Below, in pieces: positions 55,669-64,000 of a stretch of 64,000 nucleotides of DNA. The notes below the pieces were generated by a model that had not been told where the DNA came from, made no database searches, and saw nothing but the letters and a program-made list of their open reading frames with translations. Positions within the stretch are counted from its first letter, which is position 1. Each line of letters opens with the position of its first letter. Made by a program: the position numbers and the translations under genes. The DNA comes from an uncultured Acidobacteriota bacterium. Lineage in GTDB: Bacteria > Acidobacteriota > Vicinamibacteria > Vicinamibacterales > CAVVIG01. The stretch spans positions 557,767-621,766 of the forward strand of contig CAVRVW010000003.1 in the NCBI GenBank assembly GCA_963724695.1, given 5' to 3'.

Positions 55669-57074
55669 GTGATATTGAAGAGATCACTGCGGCTCGCAGC
55701 CGCTATGGCGGCGCTCGGCGCGGGCATCGTAATCGTCGGATGGTACGCCGGTTCGGCGACGGTCGAGGGCGCGCTCCAGAGCGCGTCGGCTAGTAACTCC
55801 ATGGCGTTCGGACACTGGACGCCAAGCAAGTGGGACACCTGTTCGAAAGCCTTCCACGACAGCTTCAGCGTCGGTGGGACCCGACAACAAGAACTACCCG
55901 ACCTGGCATCCGCCGAGCGCCGTCGATCCGGCGACCGGCCGGAGCTGTACGTTCGGCCACGAGCACGGCCGCGACCCGTCAGGCTCGAAGCTGCTCACCG
56001 ACCTGCAGCGCATCTACGGCGGCGTGCTCTTCGGTCACGGCAACGAACAGCTCGATGTCCACAATCAGGCCAAGGGCATCACCAACGGCATGCGCCACGA
56101 GGACCACGTCGGGCACAAGATCGAGTGGGAGAACAACGTCAGGCTCAGCGAGTCGGTGAATGTCGGTGGCAGCAGCAGGCGGTACTTCAACGTGACCTGC
56201 GACTTCCTGATGAAGGTGCATCAGGGCACGCACAGCCAGGATGCCTTCACCAACAACATGCACGAGCTCGTCTATGCCATGCAGTGCAACGATGGTCCGA
56301 ACGGCAGCATCGGGACCAAGACCATCGTGACCAAGATGGTGCTGTTCGGCCGGCCCGGAACCTTCAGCGAAGGAGGGTTCGCCGGCGGTTTCAAGACGAT
56401 CGCGGTCCCGGCGGCCCCCAGTCCGCTGAACTCGCCCAACGGCCCCAGCGGCACGTTGCGTTCGCTGCCGACGATTGGGCGCGTGCGCCAGTCGATCTGG
56501 GTGCGCCCGGGCCAGTGGTCGCAGTTCAGCCTTGGGTCTGTACGAGGATTGGGTCTCCGCGAACTACATTTCCAGCGGCGCCAGCCAGATTCTGTACTTC
56601 GACCCGCACTTTGCGGTCTTCAGCCCGTCACGCTACTACGATCCTGCGATGCCGAACGGCGTGGGGCGGTCGATCTCGGTGTGCTGGGGCAGCGAAACCG
56701 TGAACGGCGTGGTCGAAAAGGCGCGCGGAGGCGAATGCGATCGGGCGACCAATTACGGCGCGATCAAGACGCCCGATTCCGTACGACGATCCCCGGTCGC
56801 CGTTCAACGGCCTCCAGCGCGAGTTCTACTTCAACAACACGGTGATCACCAATACCGGCAAGCCGACCAGGATCTACACCGATCCGTTCGGAGGGCAGAC
56901 GAGCGCCAACCGCTTCGTCGGCAGCATCGAGCAGTACGCTGGCGGCGGTCGACAACCGTCGACGGACGGACAGCGGGACGATCTCTTCGAGCGGGCGAGC
57001 GTATTCCCTGGAGTCGAACGCGATCGGCGCCGACCGATACTACGGCGGGCCCGGGCGTGCACGCGCCGAACTGA
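55669..57074 (+). pseudogene. Secreted hypothetical protein of unrecognised family, at least 4 frameshifts
   Basis: GTG 55669 follows AGGGAGG. A signal/TM segment (LRLAAAMAALGAGIVIVGW) is followed by conserved-looking blocks: YPTWHPPSAVDPATGRSCTFGHEHGRDP, MRHEDHVGHKIEWEN, FLMKVHQGTHSQD and YDDPRSPFNGLQREFYFNNTVITNTGKPTRIYTDPFGG. Frame changes fall near 55872, 56535, 56778 and at least once after 56940. Confidence 0.5.
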
Positions 57075-57098
57075 CAAGTAACCTTCCGCGGCAGGACA

Positions 57099-57124
57099 GC
57101 CGGGTCCGAAAGGACCCGGCCTAC
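57099..57124 (-). repeat. REP-like unit (single copy)
   Basis: On the + strand the sequence is GCCGGGTCCGAAAGGACCCGGC-CTAC. It lies 25 nt after the stop at 57074, between convergent genes. Confidence 0.8.
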
Positions 57125-57164
57125 CTGACCGGATGGACTCTTGTATCGGTGCTTGAAACCCCCT

Positions 57165-58489
57165 TTAGTTCGTGCGGTTAGCCCCAAGCGTACCGATCTC
57201 GACAAGCCCGATCTTGTTGACGCCGCTGTTGGCGGTCGCGATGTTGCCGTCCCGGGTGGCCTCGAAGTGGCGGAGCACTCCGCCGCCGGACGGAATCGCG
57301 AAGGTCTGGAACTTCTCGGTCCTGGGGTCGAACCGCACCATCGTGTTCGGCCGGACGCCGGACTCGCTGTACCAGATGATGCCCCCGATCTGGGTGATGG
57401 CGTACGGCTCGAGTCCGGGCCTCCGGGCGAGAGCCATTCCTTGACCTGCTTGGTCTTGGGATCGAAGCGTCCGAGCATGCCGCGCGGGAAGTCCGAGTAA
57501 TAGATCATGTCGTCCGACGTGATCGTCAGGCGGCGTGGGCGTGCGTCCGCATGGGGCAGCGGGAACTCCGTGATCTTCATGGTGGCGGGATCAACGGTGG
57601 CGACGCGGTTGCCTCGGAAGTCGACGTACCACGGCACGCCCGCCGAGTTGAGACGGATGCCGTAGGGATAGGTGTTGTCGCTCGGCGTCTTCGCGATCAC
57701 CATCGCGCCGTCGGCCGTGTTCAGCCGCCCGACATGGCCGGACTGCAGCGTGAAGAACAGCATCCCGCTCTTCGCGTCGTAGATCGGCGTGTGCGGACCG
57801 CGTGACGCCGGCTCGTTGAGCGGGTACTCGCGGACCTGACCGGTTCGCGGGTCCAGCCGGCCGATGACGCCCTTCTGGATGCCCGTGTACCAGATGTTGC
57901 CCTGGCGGTCTTCCGCCAGGCCGTGTGGCTGGCTCTTGGCCGGGAGGTCGAACTCTCGGATCTGGCCCGTCTTCGGGTCCAGGCGTCCGAGCTTGTTCGC
58001 ATACTGGCCGGTCCACCAGATCGACCCGTCGGCCGCGGCGTGCGAGTCGTGCGGGCGAGACCCGAGCGTGGGCGCCGACCACTCTTTGATCGTGACCGTC
58101 GCGGGCCCTGAGATCAGCACGGCGGAAGGCGCGGGCTTTATCGGGTAGTGAGTGGCCAGATAGGACGAAATCGTCTCGAGATCGGCCGCCGGCAGCACCA
58201 CCATCGTCGCGATGCGATCCTGCCAGCCTTCCTTGGTGTAGCCCAACGAGCCGGCGATCAGGTTCACGCCGTGGCACCGCGTGCACGCGGCCTCGAGCTG
58301 CTGACGGCCCGGGCCGTCCGCCAGCTGCACGGCGCCGCGCCCGCCCGGACCACCCTGCCGGCCGGCGCCACCGGGACCGCTCTCGCGTCCCTGCCCCGGC
58401 GCGGCTTGCGGGCCCTGCAGTTGAGCAATTGCGGACGCCGAGAACACGAACACCGTAAGCGCAACGACAGGAAAGCCGCGGTGTGTCAT
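57165..58489 (-). pseudogene. Cytochrome c domain fused to a virginiamycin B lyase-like beta-propeller, 1 frameshift
   Basis: A signal peptide is followed by the heme motif ACTRCHG. Repeats of the type GSIWWTGQYANKLGRLDPKTGQIREF and GNIWYTGIQKGVIGRLDPRTGQVREY follow. A frame change near 57435 joins ...FDPKTKQVKEW to LARRPGLEPYAITQIGGIIWYSE...NKIGLVEI. Confidence 0.7.
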
Positions 58490-58533
58490 AAGGCCTCCAT
58501 TCCCAATCCACGGTTACGGCAGCGCCAACGCGA

Positions 58534-59460
58534 CTACTTGCGGACGAACTTGTGCAGCGCGGGCTTGATCGTGTCCGCCACGTAGATCTCGCCGCCAGGA
58601 CCGATCGTCATGTAATGCGCTTCCCCGAACTCGCCGAGTCCCTTTCCGGGCTGCCCGGTCATGGCGATCGCCTTGCCGTTCGCGTCGAGCTTGAGGATCT
58701 GGCCGGCAAACCCGCTCACGAGGTAGAACGTTCCGTCCCGATCGATGAAGAGCCCGCACGGCAGGCCCGCGAACTTCCACTCCTTGATGTACGTGCCCTC
58801 GGCGTCGAAGATCTGGACGCGCCGGTTCTGTCGGTCGGCCACGTAAAGGAGGCCTTTGGCGTCCACGACGACTGAGTGCGAGGTGTCGAACTTGCCAGGC
58901 GCAGTTCCCAGACCGCCCCAGGACTTGAGGAGCTTTCCAGACGCATCGAACTTCAGCATCCGCGGCTCGCCGCGCCCGTGCCCCTGGAGCAGGTAGATTT
59001 CGCCCGCGGCGCCGAACGCCAGGTCGGTCGGCTCGTTCAGCAACCGCGTGTTGGCAGATTCGCTCCATTCGCCAGGCTGACCCTTGACGCCGAGCGTCAT
59101 CAGCACCTTGCCGTTCGGGTCCATCTTCGTGACGGTGTGTCCGTTCACGTCCGTCACCCACAGATTGCCGGCCTTGTCGATCCGGAAGCCATGCGGGCGA
59201 ACGTACGAGCCTTCGCCGATCTTCCGGACGAACGTCCCGTCCTTGTCGAACTCGAGCAGCGGGAACGGCCCGCGGTTGAACACGATGAGATGCCCGGCCG
59301 CCGTCATCGCGACACCGGAGGGCGCGCCCATCGTGATGCCATCGGGCAGCTTCACAGCGTTGGCGACGGGCACGTAGCCGAGATCCGGCGCCTTTTCCAT
59401 CTGCGCCGGATCGGGCGCGGCGAGCGCCTGAAGCAGCAGGGCAATGACGGCCATTCGCAT
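58534..59460 (-). CDS. Secreted NHL-repeat beta-propeller (peptidylglycine amidating-lyase-like)
   Basis: Intact 308-aa ORF. The repeats include HGFRIDKAGNLWVTD, PTDLAFGAAGEIYL, SHSVVVDAKGLLYVADRQNRRVQIFD and GGEIYVAD. Confidence 0.75.
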   Translation of the reverse strand: MRMAVIALLLQALAAPDPAQMEKAPDLGYVPVANAVKLPDGITMGAPSGVAMTAAGHLIVFNRGPFPLLEFDKDGTFVRKIGEGSYVRPHGFRIDKAGNLWVTDVNGHTVTKMDPNGKVLMTLGVKGQPGEWSESANTRLLNEPTDLAFGAAGEIYLLQGHGRGEPRMLKFDASGKLLKSWGGLGTAPGKFDTSHSVVVDAKGLLYVADRQNRRVQIFDAEGTYIKEWKFAGLPCGLFIDRDGTFYLVSGFAGQILKLDANGKAIAMTGQPGKGLGEFGEAHYMTIGPGGEIYVADTIKPALHKFVRK

Positions 59461-59481
59461 GTTCTTTACCTCTTCGATCCG

Positions 59482-59868
59482 CTAACCCGCATACCGGACC
59501 CAGAACAGGAACCCACTGAGGACCAACGAGAAGACGCCGGCGGCCTGGAACTCCCAGGCGCGTTCAGGTGAGAGGCGCGCCATCATCTTCAGCGCGACCT
59601 CCGGCGCCAGAAAGCGGATGGCGCCTTTGACCACCTGCGCCCATCCAATCAGCGTGAGCACCACAGCCGGACCTTCCCACACATTGTGAAACGCGACGAT
59701 GACGGCCCCGAAATGCAGCACGAGAAAGCCTTCGAGGAACGCCCCGGGAGCGCCCCGCGCGCCAAGATCTTGAAAAAACGCGACCCATGCCCCTGGCCTC
59801 ACCAGGTGCGACAGCCCGATGATCAGAAACGAAACGGCCGCGTAGACCTGGACGGCCTGCTCCATCAA
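59482..59868 (-). CDS. Small integral membrane protein (4 predicted helices), function unknown
   Basis: Intact 128-aa hydrophobic ORF. It is packed 4 nt after the ThuA-like stop and 21 nt before the NHL gene. Confidence 0.55.
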   Translation of the reverse strand: MMEQAVQVYAAVSFLIIGLSHLVRPGAWVAFFQDLGARGAPGAFLEGFLVLHFGAVIVAFHNVWEGPAVVLTLIGWAQVVKGAIRFLAPEVALKMMARLSPERAWEFQAAGVFSLVLSGFLFWVRYAG

Positions 59869-59871
59869 TCT

Positions 59872-60765
59872 CTATTCGAGCCCCAGCGCCCAGCGAATCC
59901 CGCCGGTGATGTGCGCGCGGAACACCGGATCGTTGCTCCAGATGTCCGCGCGGTGGCCCATCGACGTGTAGAACACGCGGCCCTTGCCGAACGTCCGCTC
60001 CCAGGCCTGCGGGTAGTCGCCGCCCTTGACGACCTCCGGCAGGTTCGCGAGGTCGCTGCGCTCGGTGTCGATGCTCAGCAGCACGTGCACGCGATCGCGC
60101 GAGAAGCCCATCGGCGATCTTGAAGTTGCCCGGGCTGCTGACGTTCTCGGTCGGCCGGCTCTCGTCCCACGGCTCCTTGGCGAAGTGGTAGAACTCGTCG
60201 ACCACCGGCCAGGTCAGCCCGCCGAGCATTTTCGTGGCCGGGTGGTTCGGATCTTCGACCTTCAGCACCGACGATCGCGCCCTGCCGCATCGACGCGCCG
60301 GTAGTACGCGCCGAGCATCTCGCCGTACGGCGGATAGTCGTAGAAGGTGACCGTCGCGCAGTGCGCGCCGATGAGCGCCTTGCCGCCGCGGACGAAGTCC
60401 ACCATCGCCTTCTTCTGCGCCTCGGTGAACGGCGGGTTGCCGTTGGTCATCATCATCAGCCCGTCGAACTGGGCGAGGTACTGCCGGCGTGAAGAACGAG
60501 AGGTCCACCTTGTCCGCGCCCTCGAGCGACTTGGGCCGGCCCGGACCGATCGTGACGTCGAAGCCGCCGGTCTTGCCCAGCTCGGTGACCGCCAGCTCGG
60601 CGGGATCGAGGCTCTCGTGGTACGCGACGCCGGGATAGGTCAGGAAGAGCAGCTTCTTCCTGGGCCCGTTTGCGCCGCTTGATCGGTGGCGGTGGACACC
60701 GGCACGTTCACCGAGAACGCCACAACGAGGGCCAGCAGGGCGAGACGAATGATGTGTCTGCGCAT
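59872..60765 (-). pseudogene. ThuA domain-containing protein (trehalose-utilisation-like), about 5 frameshifts
   Basis: Joined pieces: MRRHIIRLALLALVVAFSV..|KKLLFLTYPGVAYHESL..VDLSFFT|QYLAQFDGLMMMTNGNPPFTEAQKKAMVDFVRGGKALIGAHCA..|..VLKVEDPNHPATKMLGGLTWPVVDEFYHF|..VLLSIDTE...WERTFGKGRVFYTSMGHR. Frame changes fall near 60660, 60480, 60300, 60270 and 60115. Confidence 0.7.
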
Positions 60766-60807
60766 GCGCGGAATCATATACTCACGCCTGCAACCGAGGT
60801 GCTGAAT

Positions 60808-61854
60808 ATGTCGAATGTGCATCAACCCTGGCTGACGACGGTCCTGGCGGCCGTTACGCTCAGCGGTTCTGTCGTTCTGGGCCAGTCCCTCCCGAATCCT
60901 TATCGTGCGGTTGACGGCTGGGCCAAGCTACCGGCCGGCCGCCAGATGGGCGCCGTCGGCGACGTCGAGGTGGACCGCGACGGCCGGCATATCTGGGCCA
61001 TCATCCGCTGCGACGCGACCGCCCCCGACCGCTTCGGCAACGAGTGTCTCGACTCCAATCTCGACTCGGTCGTCAAGTTCGCACCCGACGGCTCCGTCGT
61101 CCGGAGCTTCGGCGGCGGCATGTTCATCTGGCCGCACGGGATGGACGTGGATCCGGACGGCAACGTCTGGGTGACCGACGGAGTCAGCCCGCAGCGCACG
61201 CCGGCGGGGAAGCGCGGGCACCAGGTCGTCAAGTTCAGCCCCGACGGCAAGGTCCTGATGACGCTCGGCGTGCCGGGCGTGTCCGGCGGCGGCACGACGC
61301 ACTTCAACGCGCCGAGCGATGTCGTCGTGGCGCCCAACGGCGACGTGTTCATCGCCGATGGCCACGGCCTCGACGGCAACAACCGCGTCGTCAAGTTCTC
61401 GAAGGAAGGGAAGTTCCTGAAGGAGTGGGGGAAGACCGGCTACGGCCCGGGAGAGTTCCGCACACTCCACGCCATCGCCATGGATTCGCGCGGCCGGATC
61501 TTCGTGGGCGATCGGTCGAACAACCGGATTCAGCTCTTCGATCAGGAGGGCAAGTTCCTGACGATGTGGACGCAGTTCGGGCGGCCGAGCGGCATCTTCT
61601 TCGACGAGCGCGATCGGATCTACGTCGCCGACTCGGAGTCCGACGATGTGCAGAACCCGGGGTGGGAGATGGGCATCCGGATCGGCGACGCGAAGACCGG
61701 GTGGATCTCCGAGTTCATCATGTATCTGTGGGGCGATCCGCGGTCGACGGCAGGGAATGGCGCTGAGTTCGTCGCCGTAGATCGCGAAGGCAATCTCTAC
61801 GGCGGCGAACCCAGCCCGAGGAAGCTGCAGAAGTACGTCCGCGTCAGGCCCTAG
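60808..61854 (+). CDS. Secreted NHL-repeat beta-propeller (paralog type of 58534-59460)
   Basis: ATG is at 60808 and a signal peptide follows. The repeats include PHGMDVDPDGNVWVTD, PSDVVVAPNGDVFIADGHG, LHAIAMDSRGRIFVGDRSNNRIQLFD and DRIYVADSE. Confidence 0.75.
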   Translation: MSNVHQPWLTTVLAAVTLSGSVVLGQSLPNPYRAVDGWAKLPAGRQMGAVGDVEVDRDGRHIWAIIRCDATAPDRFGNECLDSNLDSVVKFAPDGSVVRSFGGGMFIWPHGMDVDPDGNVWVTDGVSPQRTPAGKRGHQVVKFSPDGKVLMTLGVPGVSGGGTTHFNAPSDVVVAPNGDVFIADGHGLDGNNRVVKFSKEGKFLKEWGKTGYGPGEFRTLHAIAMDSRGRIFVGDRSNNRIQLFDQEGKFLTMWTQFGRPSGIFFDERDRIYVADSESDDVQNPGWEMGIRIGDAKTGWISEFIMYLWGDPRSTAGNGAEFVAVDREGNLYGGEPSPRKLQKYVRVRP

Positions 61855-61859
61855 AGCCG

Positions 61860-62684
61860 CTACTTGGGATGCCGGATGTCCATGGTGTAAGTCGTCCAGT
61901 CGCGGTTGCCCTTTCGATCTGGAACGTAATCGAACAGCTTGATTTCGTAATTGCACGGTCCTGGAAGGACCACGGGAATCGGAAACGTGGGTAGCTGGGC
62001 AAAGTTGTAGGCAGTTCTCCGTACCCCGGGGCTTATCCGAGCGAGACGCGCCGAGAATGTGACCGCATCGACTTCAGCAATGAGCTGTGCCCCGCATCTC
62101 ATCTCGAATGCAAGAAAACTCGGGTAGTAGTCGCCGACATACTCGAAGTCGATCGACACCATAGCAGTACCTGCGCGGTGAATCGGCAGGAAGTAGTGCG
62201 TCTGCTCCGGCTCGCCGTTGCACCGGATCGGCCCACCCGGGATGTGAGCATAACGAGATGATATGCACACTCGGTCTCGCAGGGTCGTCTGCGCCTCTAC
62301 TTCGTCAGGCTGCAGCTGGAGATCGCGACGGGTCTCCTCGGCTTGAACCGAGATGCTTGCAGTGGTGTACCCACCCCGGGATGCGACCGCGTCGAAACTT
62401 CCAACTACATCGGGCAACACGTACTGTCCGGTTGCGTCCGTCGTGGCACTTCTGCCCTGCAGCGCACCGCTGACGATTTCCACCTTCGCGCCAACGACGG
62501 GCGTCGTCTCGGTCGGCGGTGACTCCATGACCCTGCCGGTCAGGGTGCGCGTGGCAGGGGCGGGTGTTGGTGCGGGTGTAGCGGTAGGCTCTCGGGCCGG
62601 AGTCGGGGCGCTCGCGGAATCCGAGCACCCCGACACCACCGTCAAAATGGCGAGTCCAGTAAAGAGCGATCGGCGGAGATTAAT
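61860..62684 (-). CDS. Lipoprotein with a carboxypeptidase-regulatory-like domain; noncanonical or missing start codon
   Basis: The lipobox is LAILTVVSGCS. The CarboxypepD_reg-like block is LTGRVMES....VVGAKVEIVSGALQGRSATTDATGQYVL. The only in-frame NTG is the TTG at 62645, inside the signal peptide. The full signal peptide would need the ATT at 62684. G+C is visibly lower than in the neighbours. Confidence 0.6.
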   Translation of the reverse strand: MNLRRSLFTGLAILTVVSGCSDSASAPTPAREPTATPAPTPAPATRTLTGRVMESPPTETTPVVGAKVEIVSGALQGRSATTDATGQYVLPDVVGSFDAVASRGGYTTASISVQAEETRRDLQLQPDEVEAQTTLRDRVCISSRYAHIPGGPIRCNGEPEQTHYFLPIHRAGTAMVSIDFEYVGDYYPSFLAFEMRCGAQLIAEVDAVTFSARLARISPGVRRTAYNFAQLPTFPIPVVLPGPCNYEIKLFDYVPDRKGNRDWTTYTMDIRHPK

Positions 62685-63772
62685 CGCGCGAGCCCTTCTT
62701 CGCGCGCTCTGAATCGAGGAGACGCTCGCCCTTCATGATGCCGTGCATGGCGTAGTTGCCCTCGTGGCACGCGTACTCGTACATCGGCTCGTCGGTGGCG
62801 AGCCAGGTGTACTCGCCGCTCCACGGCCGCGCCCACGTGGCCGGGTCCTCGATCGTGAACTGGTAGAGCAGCGTGTCCTTGTCGGTCCGCGTGATGCGCT
62901 CGGTGACCTTCAGGTTCTCCGACGAGCCGCGGAACCGCGTCTTGTTGGTGAAGTTGGTCGTCTCGATCACCAGCGTGTCGCCTTCCCAGTGGCCGATCGA
63001 GTCGCCCATCCACTTGCGGATGGAACTCGGGCAGGTGCTTGGCGTTCATGCGGACGATGCGCGCGTCGTGCACCATCTCGACCTGGATGAGGATCGCGTC
63101 CGGCGTCTGCACGATCTGCTTCAGGTTGTTGTAGAAGTAGTTCGGCATCGTCGGCGGCCCGGACGTCGAGCCGAAGCCGAGGATGCAGCGCTCGCCGAGC
63201 GGACGGAACTCGACGTTGTCGTACGCCCCCGCCGCGCTGGTCACGACGCTTTCGGCGGCGTCCGACGATGGCGCGACCGTGCCGCGCGAGGCGCTGTTGC
63301 GCTTCTGCGCCGCTGCCGTCTGCGGCGGCACCTTGCCGTCGGCCGGATCGACGATGAGGGAGCTGCGGAACTGGCCGTCGATCACTACCACGCGCTGTCC
63401 GCGGTCGATCCAGAAGTTGTTGTAGCCGCCGACGTTGCCGCCCTGCACGGGAGCAGGGCGGTTCGGATCGCTGTTCTGTGCGCGCGCTTCGACGCGCTGT
63501 GACTCGCCGCCGCTGATCCGCCGCGCCTCGGCCTCGGTCAGGATCAGGCGGCCCTTCACGTCGTCGGGCCGTTCGATGGGCGTGAGAGTGGCCGCGTTGA
63601 ATGTCCCTTGCAGGTCCGGCTTGCCGTCCGGCGTGCGTGGGACCTGCGCCCACGGCTTGGGCGTGGTCAAGCTGCCGGCCGGTTGCTGTCCCGAGCCAGA
63701 GACCGTGAGCAGGCAGAACGAGCCGGCGACCGCGGCGAGGAATCCCAGCGCGTGAGCGGAGGGGTTACGCAT
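62680..63772 (-). pseudogene. Secreted hypothetical protein (family shared with 39627-40379), 1 frameshift
   Basis: The signal peptide is MRNPSAHALGFLAAVAGSFCLL. A frame change near 63030 joins ...IVRMNAKHLPE to SIRKWMGDSIGHWEGDTLVIETTNFTNKTRFRGSSENLKVTERITR..EDPATWARPWSGEY..YEYACHEGNYAM. Confidence 0.6.
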
Positions 63773-63911
63773 TGCGCCTCCTGAAATAAACGACGGCCTT
63801 CCCGCGGCACGCGGGCGGCCGGGTCGAAGCTGGACTCAGGAAATACACCCGAACCGGGCCGAAGTCAATCAGTTCGGTCGTGCCGGGTTGGGCCGATGGT
63901 ATCGTGGCGCC

Positions 63912-64000
63912 GTGCGTGGCCTGGTGGTCGTTTTGGCCGTCTTTCTCGCTTGTCATCTGGTCGCGGGACAGGGGCTGAAGCCCGCTCCGGCGTCGGGGGG
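63912..64000 (+). CDS. 5' end of a secreted protein (runs off the window)
   Basis: GTG 63912 gives (M)RGLVVVLAVFLACHLVAGQGLKPAPASG, a signal-peptide-like N-terminus. It is too short for a family call. Confidence 0.3.
   Translation, partial: MRGLVVVLAVFLACHLVAGQGLKPAPASG

Overview
This is a high-GC bacterial chromosomal window (roughly two-thirds G+C by eye, not computed). Gene content and repeat style suggest a soil Acidobacteria-like diderm, but that is inference only. I can support about 58 protein-coding loci and one tRNA-Glu(UUC). I found no rRNA, CRISPR array, transposase or integrase.

Main gene content, left to right:
- A translationally coupled operon of a PQQ-type sugar dehydrogenase plus glcD, glcE and glcF.
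- corA and a 1377-aa ExeM/NucH-type secreted nuclease.
- apbE, an ECF-like sigma/anti-sigma pair, a DUF4139 gene, and a small two-transmembrane (2TM) SLATT-like protein.
- A split NosR-like pair (periplasmic FMN-binding protein plus polyferredoxin membrane protein).
- A three-PAS HisKA_3 kinase with a NarL-type regulator, followed by a degenerate sigma54-type AAA+ remnant.
- A GAF-fused alpha-glucan phosphorylase and an S8 protease with five CARDB repeats.
- lgt, then a sortase with an LPSTAS-tailed substrate next to tRNA-Glu, and a PadR module.
- Many beta-propeller proteins (PQQ-DH x3, NHL x2, Vgb-like, RCC1).

The most interesting signals are not classical genes:
1. A GTAG-headed REP/BIME-like palindromic family at three 3'-end sites.
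2. Inverted, G-quadruplex-capable heptamer arrays that bracket DUF4139.
3. GTCCTT short-repeat arrays that abut stop codons.
4. A 55-nt palindromic element inside a VOC-family gene.
5. Three near-identical 135-nt in-frame repeats in a coiled-coil/PEGA gene.
6. At least 35 indel-type frameshifts packed into 13 genes, while about 42 kb of neighbouring coding sequence is intact.

I found no canonical defence or mobile system. The candidates for novelty are listed with explicit uncertainty. Product calls rest on motif recognition from the translations only. Frameshift positions are approximate (about +/-15 nt).
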